This document shows positions 1 to 8,123 of a stretch of 31,994 nucleotides of DNA, piece by piece (within the stretch, counting starts at the first letter, position 1; each line of letters opens with the position of its first letter). A program made the translations under genes and the position numbers. The DNA is from a virus (lineage: Duplodnaviria > Caudoviricetes). The notes beneath the pieces were generated by a model. It was given only the letters and a program-made list of their open reading frames with translations. It did not search any database and was not told the DNA's origin. The stretch spans positions 1 through 31,994 of IMG/VR virus record IMGVR_UViG_3300021964_000288; one strand, written 5' to 3'.

Positions 1-60
1 AGGTGAACCAGATGAGTTTGAGATTGAACTTGCATATGATCTTTCAAAGTCTTGTGCCAT
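1..60 (-). CDS. 5' part of a tail-associated protein (MAQDFERSYASSISNSSGSP...), runs off the left edge
   Basis: ATG at 60 preceded by AGGAG SD, directly downstream of the tail fibre gene; open frame to the window edge. Confidence 0.6.
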   Translation of the reverse strand, partial: MAQDFERSYASSISNSSGSP

Positions 61-71
61 CTATTTCTCCT

Positions 72-1472
72 TTATAATGCGATAGACATAGCTGTCGCAA
101 ATCCTTTCGTTGCATAAGGTGTTAGATCTACTGATGCTATGGCATTCCAGGAAGATCCATCCCAGTATTTTAATTCATTAGAAGTAGTATTAAAGTATAG
201 ATCTCCAGCTGTCAAAGGATCACCATCATTATCTACAGTTGGATCAGAAGCCTTTGCACCCAGGTAAGTGTCATCAAAATTATCAGCAGCAGCTTCAGCG
301 GCAGCTTGAGCAGCTTGAGCTGCGGTTGCGGCATTGGTTGCAGTTGTTGCAGATGCAGCGGAATTGGTAGCGGAAGTAGCTGCGTTAGTAGCAGATGTAC
401 TAGCTGCGGTAGCCTGGTTAGTTGCTGTAGTAGCAGAACTAGCAGCAGATGTCGCAGAACTAGCAGCGTTTGTTTCACTGGTTGATGCATTAGAAGCTGA
501 TGTTGCAGCGTTAGTAGCACTTGTTGAAGCAGCACTAGCACTATTAGATGCATTAGTTTCGCTTGTTGCAGCATTAGTGGCTGATGTACTTGCAGCAGTA
601 GCTGATGTAGCAGCATTTGTTGCCTGTGTTGTTGCGTTGGTTTCAGCTGTTTCAGCATTTGTTTCAGCTAACTCTGCAGCGGTTTGAGCTGTCTGTGCAT
701 CTGTAGCGGAGGAAGCAGCAGCAGTGGCACTAGAAGCAGCAGCGGTTGCAGAAGCGGCAGCGGCAGTTGCGGAGGAAGCGGCTGCATTTGCGGAGGATGT
801 TGCGGCTGCCGCATCTACGATCAGATCCCACTTTGCTGAGTCTGAATTGGTTGTTAATGGCTCAACACCCGATGAGGTATGAGCTGTATTACAAAAGAAT
901 ATATTATCGGTTGTGGTGTCTTTTACTAAATCTCTAACAGCATAAGCAGTAGATGCAGACCAATCTCCTCGATATCTACCTAATTCTTGGGTAACAGAGA
1001 TCTCACCAGATGAGTCAAAAGCTAATACTTTATTAGCTCTTTCAGTAGCTCCGACTGTAAAATCAGTCGATGTCATGGTGTTTGTTCTGGATATCTTGAT
1101 AGATCTATCTACTTGTTCCTGGAGTTCTTGGCTAACCAGCATCGCTTTATCCAATGCAGCTTCGTGTGTTTCTGCTGGAAACGGATCATTAGCGACATAA
1201 TCAGTATCCTGGACCTGGGATGTCTTTCTTCTAATAACTAAGGTTTCTCCAGTAGATGGAGCTGTCACCATCGTTACAGTACCACCAGAGTTACTTTGGA
1301 CTCCTGTGACTGTATAATTGGTTGTTATTGTTTGAAGTGTTTCTGTACCATTCGAGGATCTAATAAGAACCTCTAGGTCATCTTCAGCTATAATATAATA
1401 ACTAAAAGAAAATGCTGTGGTAGAACCATTACCAGCATAAGAATTTTTGATTGTGGTACTAGATATTGTCAT
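72..1472 (-). CDS. Tail fibre protein (T7 gp17-like N-terminal attachment domain plus Ala/Ser/Thr coiled-coil stalk)
   Basis: N-terminal YAGNGSTTAFSFSY...LVIRRKT...FPAETHEAALDK typical of podophage fibre N-domain; long A/S/T heptad repeats; AAGGAG upstream. Confidence 0.85.
   Translation of the reverse strand: MTISSTTIKNSYAGNGSTTAFSFSYYIIAEDDLEVLIRSSNGTETLQTITTNYTVTGVQSNSGGTVTMVTAPSTGETLVIRRKTSQVQDTDYVANDPFPAETHEAALDKAMLVSQELQEQVDRSIKISRTNTMTSTDFTVGATERANKVLAFDSSGEISVTQELGRYRGDWSASTAYAVRDLVKDTTTDNIFFCNTAHTSSGVEPLTTNSDSAKWDLIVDAAAATSSANAAASSATAAAASATAAASSATAAASSATDAQTAQTAAELAETNAETAETNATTQATNAATSATAASTSATNAATSETNASNSASAASTSATNAATSASNASTSETNAASSATSAASSATTATNQATAASTSATNAATSATNSAASATTATNAATAAQAAQAAAEAAADNFDDTYLGAKASDPTVDNDGDPLTAGDLYFNTTSNELKYWDGSSWNAIASVDLTPYATKGFATAMSIAL
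280..815 (-). repeat. Degenerate 21/42-bp (7/14-aa) coding repeats such as AATSATN/ASTSETN
   Basis: Repeated GCA/GCT-rich units; explains the antisense and out-of-frame ORFs in the track. Confidence 0.85.
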
Positions 1473-1523
1473 TTTATGCTTACTAACTCCTTATAATATA
1501 TCATATTAAATGTCCATACATAA

Positions 1524-4100
1524 TTAAAATGGGAAGTTCTTTGGTAGTTTATCTCCAGGACTCCACCAAAATTCTGTACCCTGTTCTTTAAACATTCTTC
1601 TTTTTATTCTCTTTCTTTTCTCGTTATACTTAGGATCTATATATTCAGAAAGAGTATCAAAACCTAGTCTTTCTAAAGCTAGTCTTATATACCACATAGA
1701 ACCACCAGGTGTATTGTGTTTTATAAAATCTGCTATATCTCCACCTATATTTACTGCTTTCCCTTGTATTGCATTAAAAGCATTCATAACAGTCATATCT
1801 AATAACTGAAAAGCTAACATAGGAACAGCTCCTACTAAGGTAGCAGCTCCACCATTTTTGCCGCCATATTGGGTAGCAAAAAGCAAATCACCAGCAATAC
1901 CTAATCCACCACCTCTAATCATATTGCTTATAAAATAACCAGCCTTCTGTTGATTATCCATATTAGATAGATCTGTTGTTTCTTTACCTTTTGTTAAATT
2001 TTTTAGTTCAAAAGCTAAAGCTCCAAATAAGGTTGTGGATATTATTAAATCAGTCATATAAGCTGCTTTTCTCCATCCACCTTTCAAACCCATTCCCCTG
2101 GCTATATGACCAAACATAAAAGCTAAAGGAAATTGTTTAAACTGGAGCATATTCTTCATCATTTCCCCCATAATTGTTCCTGGTCTAGCTTGACCAATTA
2201 AAGTTCCTCTTAGCTTTGCATTAGGAACAGCAAAATCTACTACATAGTTAATAGTTGATTGAAACTTTGAAAAGATATCCATCGCTTTTTCTTCATCAAT
2301 ATCTGTCAATTTAAAGATATCGGATGGTCTTAAAAACTCAGCACCCTTATTTAAGGCATCATCAACACCAGCATCGTAAATAGGAATACGTCTAATAATA
2401 TCCCACTCACCACTACCAATATCGTTAGTTTTCATTAATTGTTGAAATTGAGGATTTTTCTTACCTAGTTCATCCCAGGTCAAACTTGCATTTCTAGCAA
2501 AGAAAGCCATGGTTTCCATACCGACACCCCATCTACCAGCTTGTGTTAGCCAGGATAATCCAGTAGTTCTTAAAACAAAATCAGCCATTCTTCTAGTAAC
2601 CTCTGGTCTTTCAACATCATCCGCAGACACTCTAGCCATTCCTGATGCTATTGTTCCCCAGTGTTCAGCCACCATTCCCGATGACGCTGCCACTTTAACA
2701 CCTACAGCTTTGTCTTGTCTAATCCCACTAGCAAACATTTTTAGGTTTCTATACATTGTTTTGGCGGCTGGTAATCCATGAACTCTAGCTGTTAATCTTG
2801 TTAAATTGAAATCACCTAAAGCCATAAAAGACGCAGCTCCAAGATACATCGCTGTAGTTAAATCTCTTAATCCACCGCTATATTTTGCAAAAGTATAATT
2901 TTCTGGATCTAGCATATCTCCATTTAAAGCAGAATATGCCTGGTCTACTTTTCCAAATTTTGATTTTAATTGTTTTAGTTTTTTATCTATTTGTTTAGGT
3001 GTTAAATCTCTTTCTAATCTTAAATCGCCTTTACCTACAATATCTTTAGTATCAGTTAATAATTTTTTTTCTGCTGTGAATTTCATCCAGGCTATAAATT
3101 TTTCTGGATCTGGTCCTAACATTCTCATCATACCAATATCTCTAGACATACTTTTGATATGACCTACCATCGCATCAAATACATTACCTTTACCAAATCT
3201 TTTGTTATAGGCATCCCAGGAGTCAAAATCTTTAAATTTTAAGAAACGATGATCTAACCTTCTATTAGCTAGTTTGCCACTGTATTGTTTTACATTTGAT
3301 TTTTTAGAATAACCAAATGTAGATATAGTATTCCACACATCATCAAGAGCTAGACTTAATTGTTCTGGACTTAATACCTTACCAGTTTTGTAGTCGATCA
3401 TTTGTTCTGGATCAATAAGGTCCATAATAAAATTTTTCCATTCATCCCTACCAGCACCTCTAACCAATAGTTCGTTGTGGCTTTGAGGTAAATGCCAGTT
3501 TTTTAATTTAGGTATTCTACCACCAGCAGCGTTAAACATTCTTCTGGCTGTTTCCGCTGTTTCTATCCAGGCTCTTGCTAATTCTTCCGCAGCCTTATTT
3601 CCTGTTGATCCAGGATTAAATATTTCTCTACCCATCAACAATAAGGTAGCTTTACTTCTGTTTGTTCCTAAAAGATTATGTCTAAACTTTTTTAATACAT
3701 CAGAAAATATAGAGTCTAACCTACCCTGGACATTGACCATTTCTTCTTCAACAGATCTAATCCTAGTAACTCCTTCTTTATTTTCTGTAAAAATTAATTT
3801 TTGCAAAGCAACAGATCCATAATCTGTTTTTCCAGTTTGATCTGTGTACCTAGCTAATTGATATTCAAACTCTTGTTGTAGTCTAAGATTGTGTTTTCTA
3901 AGTTTTATTTTTTGTGCAGCATCCACTTTTAATTGGTTAAAAGTATCTAATCCAGCTTGTTTTGCTGCTGTGTCTGGATCTAAATTTTCATCTATATATT
4001 TTTTATAGTTAGCATCATATTCATTTAAAAGATCTAATTGTTTCTGGTCATCTATTAAACCTTTTGTTTTAGCACTAACAATACAATTACGGAAACTCAT
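1524..4100 (-). CDS. Large internal virion (ejection) protein
   Basis: 858 aa, last gene of the internal-protein cluster before the tail fibre; C-terminal GGGLGIAGDLL and FWWSPG segments typical of such proteins. Confidence 0.7.
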   Translation of the reverse strand: MSFRNCIVSAKTKGLIDDQKQLDLLNEYDANYKKYIDENLDPDTAAKQAGLDTFNQLKVDAAQKIKLRKHNLRLQQEFEYQLARYTDQTGKTDYGSVALQKLIFTENKEGVTRIRSVEEEMVNVQGRLDSIFSDVLKKFRHNLLGTNRSKATLLLMGREIFNPGSTGNKAAEELARAWIETAETARRMFNAAGGRIPKLKNWHLPQSHNELLVRGAGRDEWKNFIMDLIDPEQMIDYKTGKVLSPEQLSLALDDVWNTISTFGYSKKSNVKQYSGKLANRRLDHRFLKFKDFDSWDAYNKRFGKGNVFDAMVGHIKSMSRDIGMMRMLGPDPEKFIAWMKFTAEKKLLTDTKDIVGKGDLRLERDLTPKQIDKKLKQLKSKFGKVDQAYSALNGDMLDPENYTFAKYSGGLRDLTTAMYLGAASFMALGDFNLTRLTARVHGLPAAKTMYRNLKMFASGIRQDKAVGVKVAASSGMVAEHWGTIASGMARVSADDVERPEVTRRMADFVLRTTGLSWLTQAGRWGVGMETMAFFARNASLTWDELGKKNPQFQQLMKTNDIGSGEWDIIRRIPIYDAGVDDALNKGAEFLRPSDIFKLTDIDEEKAMDIFSKFQSTINYVVDFAVPNAKLRGTLIGQARPGTIMGEMMKNMLQFKQFPLAFMFGHIARGMGLKGGWRKAAYMTDLIISTTLFGALAFELKNLTKGKETTDLSNMDNQQKAGYFISNMIRGGGLGIAGDLLFATQYGGKNGGAATLVGAVPMLAFQLLDMTVMNAFNAIQGKAVNIGGDIADFIKHNTPGGSMWYIRLALERLGFDTLSEYIDPKYNEKRKRIKRRMFKEQGTEFWWSPGDKLPKNFPF

Positions 4101-7100
4101 CTAAGACCTGGACACCCCTCTAAAAAGTCTATTGCTTTTCTTTCGTTATTTAGTTCTTTTAAGACATCTGAAGCTGAAGCATAAATAGCTTTATCTTCTG
4201 CATCATTATCTATCCAAACTTTATATTCTGGATCTATGTCGTTGAAGATTTCTTCGATCTCATCTGGTCCAGTCTTTTCTGGAGTCTGTCCAACATCTGT
4301 AGTTCTGCTTGTTCCATGCGATTGTACAATTCCTCCGATTTCTTTAGTGACTGGTCTGTTTCCTTCAAGATTGATTTTTTCGTAGCCATCGGCTAACTCC
4401 TTTCCTGTGTTGTAATTTTGTGTAGCACCCTTGTATGCTTTTTTAATTATATGAGGATCTACAAATCTACCATCCCTGGCAATTCTTTTTACATTTCTGG
4501 TGATTGCTGTAGCTTCGTCTACTTCTACATACTTTACTACTAAAGAATATCCGTTCTTTTTAACGATATCAATTAATTTCTCTATATTTCTACCACTACT
4601 TCCGACAATAGGAATAATGATATTATCTCCGTTACCGATAGCTCTTGCTAATATTAATTCTTGGATATGTTTACTTTCATCATGAACAGCTCCAGCTCCT
4701 ACACCACCATCATAATCTTTTGCTAAATTAGGATGCTCTTTCACAAAGTCAGAGTCTACTATCAAAGCTCCTAACTTTTTCTGTTGAGCTGTTGCCAATG
4801 TTGATTTACCAGATGCGGGTAAACCAATAAACACAGTCATTTCTTTGTTTTTAACTTCAGCTCCATCACCATATAAATCATCAACAATTTGACTCCATCC
4901 TCTTTTTTGTTGCCAGGCTTCATCAAAACTACCTCCCGCTTGTTCTATGGTTGTTGTTTTTTCATTAGATAAGTTTCTTAAACGAACTATTTCTGGATGA
5001 TTAATTAAATCATCTACCTGGTTCTTTAGTATTTCATCATCTAAATCTGCTATTTCATCTAAAGATTTAGACTCTAGTTCTACTTTTTTTGTAGGCTTTT
5101 TTGGAGGAGGTCCAAAGACATCATCTAATGTATTCTGGATAGATCCTAGTTCCTGGGTATATTGTTGCTTCCCATCATGAACATCATCTGAATTTTTTAA
5201 ATTTATGTTTGTTTCTGTTTCTTTAGGGAGATCTGGTTGCGTCTGTGTATATCCTTCAGATATCGTAGTGCGTTGAGATCCGCTTGGTGTAACCCTGTCA
5301 AGATCGCCGTTTCTAACTGCTGTGGTGACAGTTTCTTTAAAAGAGTTGATTGCTCCTTGCTTATCCCCACTCTTGTAGAGTTTTGCTGCTTGGCTAAGCT
5401 CATCTGATATTGTTCCTTTCATGTTAGCAAGTTTAATAATCTTCTCTATTGTTAAGGCAGACTCTTGTAATGCCTTTTTATTAAACTCACTGTCTAGTTT
5501 ATTTTTACCTTTTCTGCTTATTTTTGCTTCATTATTAACTAAAAATCCAGCAATACTTTTATCTTTCTTTAGCTCCTTAATAGTCTTGTCTAAAATCTCT
5601 GCTCTTTCTTTAATTAATAATTCTTTAATTGTTTGTGTTCCAAAAAGATCCTGGATCTCTCTTGTTGATACACCCTGGCTAATAACATCCTGGATAGCTA
5701 ATCTAATTTGTTGCTCATTATCAAAAGCATTTCTTGAAATAAAATCCATTACCTGGATATGTAAATCTGGATCTTCTACAAGATCTCCGACAATAGCTGC
5801 TATTCTATCAGGAATATTATTATTTAAATAATACTGCCAGGCTTCTGGACTGAGCTTAGATAAGCCATTAGCATTATCCCATAATACAGATCTTGGAGAA
5901 ACTCTGCCTTTTATTTTTTGAACAAAATCTGGTTTTAGTTTTAATACTTTAGCAACATCAGTAGCGGTGGCTGTACCCTGGTGAACATTAATCATCATGG
6001 CAGCTACCATTGTTTCTTCTGGTGTATGACCATCGACTTCTCTACGAACTGTCGCTAATAAGTAAGGTTTTTGTTTACCCATCGCTTTTATTCTTTTTGC
6101 AAGAGCTAATCTTTGATGACCATCTGCTATAACTTTTCTACCATCAGCATATTCAAACACCATTACGACATTAGCAGCGTCTTGATCCCATTCAGTAATT
6201 CCTTTTAATTTAGGAGATAATCCAGTTTCCATATCAATATCTTCTCTTTTGAATTGAAAGATATCTGGCTCTACTTCTATTTCGTCTGGATCTAATCTAA
6301 TTTCTCTATAAACATTATTTTCTTGGTCAAAGTTTTTTGTGTAATCAACAGGAGTTCTTGTTTCGTTTTCTAATTTATTTTCCCCTGTTAATAAACTTTC
6401 CCCAGCTTGTTGTAATCTTTCATTATGTTCTACCTTACCTTTGATCGTATCTTCTAAAGGATTGTTTTCAGCAATCTCGTCACTTTCTAAAATTTGCTGT
6501 GTTGATCTTACAGTTGGATTAGGAGTTGATATTGTTTTATTGATAGTTTCTAAAAGTGATATTTTTTCTGTTGTATTAAATATCTCTATATTTTTATTAA
6601 TATATTCTAAAACTTTATCGGCATATTTTTCATCTAAAGATGGAGCTTCGTCTATCATCTTGTCTATTTCACTTGCTAATAATTTAGCTTTACCAATTTT
6701 AGTAGATCTTAATAATTTAGAATACCCACCAAAAAATCCTTTAATTGTTCCACCTAATGCCGCAGTTCCTAAAGCTCCACCAATACCAGCTCCAGCAATA
6801 GCCATAGCAGCATCTTTCCAATCATAGTCTGATAATAATTGTTTATTATAACTAACAACACTTAATTGAATAGGTACTTCAAATCCAGCAGCAATAGCAC
6901 TTTCAGCTGCAGCTGTTTTAAGAATACCACCAATCGTTTTAAAACTACCACCAGGTAAGGCTATAGAAGCTGGAATACTAGCAAGGATTAATGGATCACT
7001 AAACAGACCAGCCATCGAACCCGCAGCACCAGGAATACCAGAACTTCCGTCATTATATTTTTGACCGATCATTTGTTCTTCTTCTAGCTCTGCTAATTCT

Positions 7101-7600
7101 TTACTTCTTAAACTTAAATAGTAGTTATAATCTCTAAACCCACCTTCTCTACTTCCTCTTTGTTCTGGATTTTTTGCGAACCATTCTTCAATCTTGTTAT
7201 TGATATAATCTCTTTTAGTTCTGAGATGCTGGTTACTTCTTACATAACCACCAAAATTGTCCTGGAGTTCTTTTGCAATAAAAGGATCTAATTGAGTTGT
7301 TGTTACACTGAAATTATCATCTACCTCTGGTATATAATCATTCATATTGTAATAGATACCGCTAATAGAGAAAAAATCTTGTGTGACTCTATCCATATCT
7401 TCCATTGTGTTATTTAGTTCTGATATAGAGTTTCTGTATTGAGTTTGTAATTTGTAGTTAGTATCGAATATTTCTTCGTCTTTTCTCGGTCTGAACTTTA
7501 TGGTCTTTTCACCAAATTGATTATTCCTGTTTGGTCTGTTGTAGATATCATCTGTAAAGAATGATTTCTTATCTGTTTCTGATATTTTAAATTGTGCCAT
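4097..7600 (-). CDS. Multidomain internal virion protein with ParB-like domain and C-terminal zeta-toxin-like P-loop kinase
   Basis: Gly/Ala hydrophobic stretches at aa ~185-290; ParB-like VMVFEYADGRKVIADGHQRL; Walker A FIGLPASGKST, VDSDFVKE, VHDES, RNVKR...GRFV. Confidence 0.7.
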   Translation of the reverse strand: MAQFKISETDKKSFFTDDIYNRPNRNNQFGEKTIKFRPRKDEEIFDTNYKLQTQYRNSISELNNTMEDMDRVTQDFFSISGIYYNMNDYIPEVDDNFSVTTTQLDPFIAKELQDNFGGYVRSNQHLRTKRDYINNKIEEWFAKNPEQRGSREGGFRDYNYYLSLRSKELAELEEEQMIGQKYNDGSSGIPGAAGSMAGLFSDPLILASIPASIALPGGSFKTIGGILKTAAAESAIAAGFEVPIQLSVVSYNKQLLSDYDWKDAAMAIAGAGIGGALGTAALGGTIKGFFGGYSKLLRSTKIGKAKLLASEIDKMIDEAPSLDEKYADKVLEYINKNIEIFNTTEKISLLETINKTISTPNPTVRSTQQILESDEIAENNPLEDTIKGKVEHNERLQQAGESLLTGENKLENETRTPVDYTKNFDQENNVYREIRLDPDEIEVEPDIFQFKREDIDMETGLSPKLKGITEWDQDAANVVMVFEYADGRKVIADGHQRLALAKRIKAMGKQKPYLLATVRREVDGHTPEETMVAAMMINVHQGTATATDVAKVLKLKPDFVQKIKGRVSPRSVLWDNANGLSKLSPEAWQYYLNNNIPDRIAAIVGDLVEDPDLHIQVMDFISRNAFDNEQQIRLAIQDVISQGVSTREIQDLFGTQTIKELLIKERAEILDKTIKELKKDKSIAGFLVNNEAKISRKGKNKLDSEFNKKALQESALTIEKIIKLANMKGTISDELSQAAKLYKSGDKQGAINSFKETVTTAVRNGDLDRVTPSGSQRTTISEGYTQTQPDLPKETETNINLKNSDDVHDGKQQYTQELGSIQNTLDDVFGPPPKKPTKKVELESKSLDEIADLDDEILKNQVDDLINHPEIVRLRNLSNEKTTTIEQAGGSFDEAWQQKRGWSQIVDDLYGDGAEVKNKEMTVFIGLPASGKSTLATAQQKKLGALIVDSDFVKEHPNLAKDYDGGVGAGAVHDESKHIQELILARAIGNGDNIIIPIVGSSGRNIEKLIDIVKKNGYSLVVKYVEVDEATAITRNVKRIARDGRFVDPHIIKKAYKGATQNYNTGKELADGYEKINLEGNRPVTKEIGGIVQSHGTSRTTDVGQTPEKTGPDEIEEIFNDIDPEYKVWIDNDAEDKAIYASASDVLKELNNERKAIDFLEGCPGLR

Positions 7601-8123
7601 AGTTCTTTAAATATTCTGCTTCTTTATTTCTCCTGGTAGGGTAAGCGTCACCAAACTCTAATAGTTCTTCGTAAACAGCATCCCAGTTTCCATCAGTTGC
7701 ATATTTAATAAATGATGGAGTTCTTTTATAACTACCATATTGAAAACCAACAGATATTAAAACTGTGGCTTGTCCTTGATCTAGCTCCTCAAAAGGTACG
7801 ACTGGATCATAAGTTTCATATTGTCTTTGTAAATCTTTTGCATAAAAATGCCTGGAGCAATCATCAATGTGGTCCACATCATCTTGTTCTAAGACTAATG
7901 ACTCTGCAAAGGCTTTGGCTTGTTCCCCATGTAAACCAAAATAAGGTTTTAGTTTGTTAATTATTCTTTGGTCAATACCAATAGCCTGGCAAAAAACTTC
8001 ATTCTTTTCTTTTAAATCAAAACCACTAGCAATCGTAACACCAGAATTATTAGTAGGCTGATATCCTTGACGAATACCTTGACCTTCTAACTCGTGTATA
8101 AAATCCCAATCAATGTTATTCAT
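7587..8123 (-). CDS. Pesticin C-terminal-like muramidase (T4-lysozyme-like fold)
   Basis: IDWDFIHELEG...GYQP...SGVTIASGFDL...SVGFQYG...FGDAYPTRRNKEAEYL signature. Confidence 0.8.
   Translation of the reverse strand: MNNIDWDFIHELEGQGIRQGYQPTNNSGVTIASGFDLKEKNEVFCQAIGIDQRIINKLKPYFGLHGEQAKAFAESLVLEQDDVDHIDDCSRHFYAKDLQRQYETYDPVVPFEELDQGQATVLISVGFQYGSYKRTPSFIKYATDGNWDAVYEELLEFGDAYPTRRNKEAEYLKNYGTI

Noticed and set aside
233-937. Alternative-frame and antisense ORFs (233..658, 334..687, 746..937)
   Set aside because: By-products of the GCN-rich repeat in the tail fibre gene; low-complexity translations with no SD
4097-4850. Epsilon-zeta toxin-antitoxin module
   Set aside because: The kinase is a domain of a 1167-aa protein and no small antitoxin gene is adjacent
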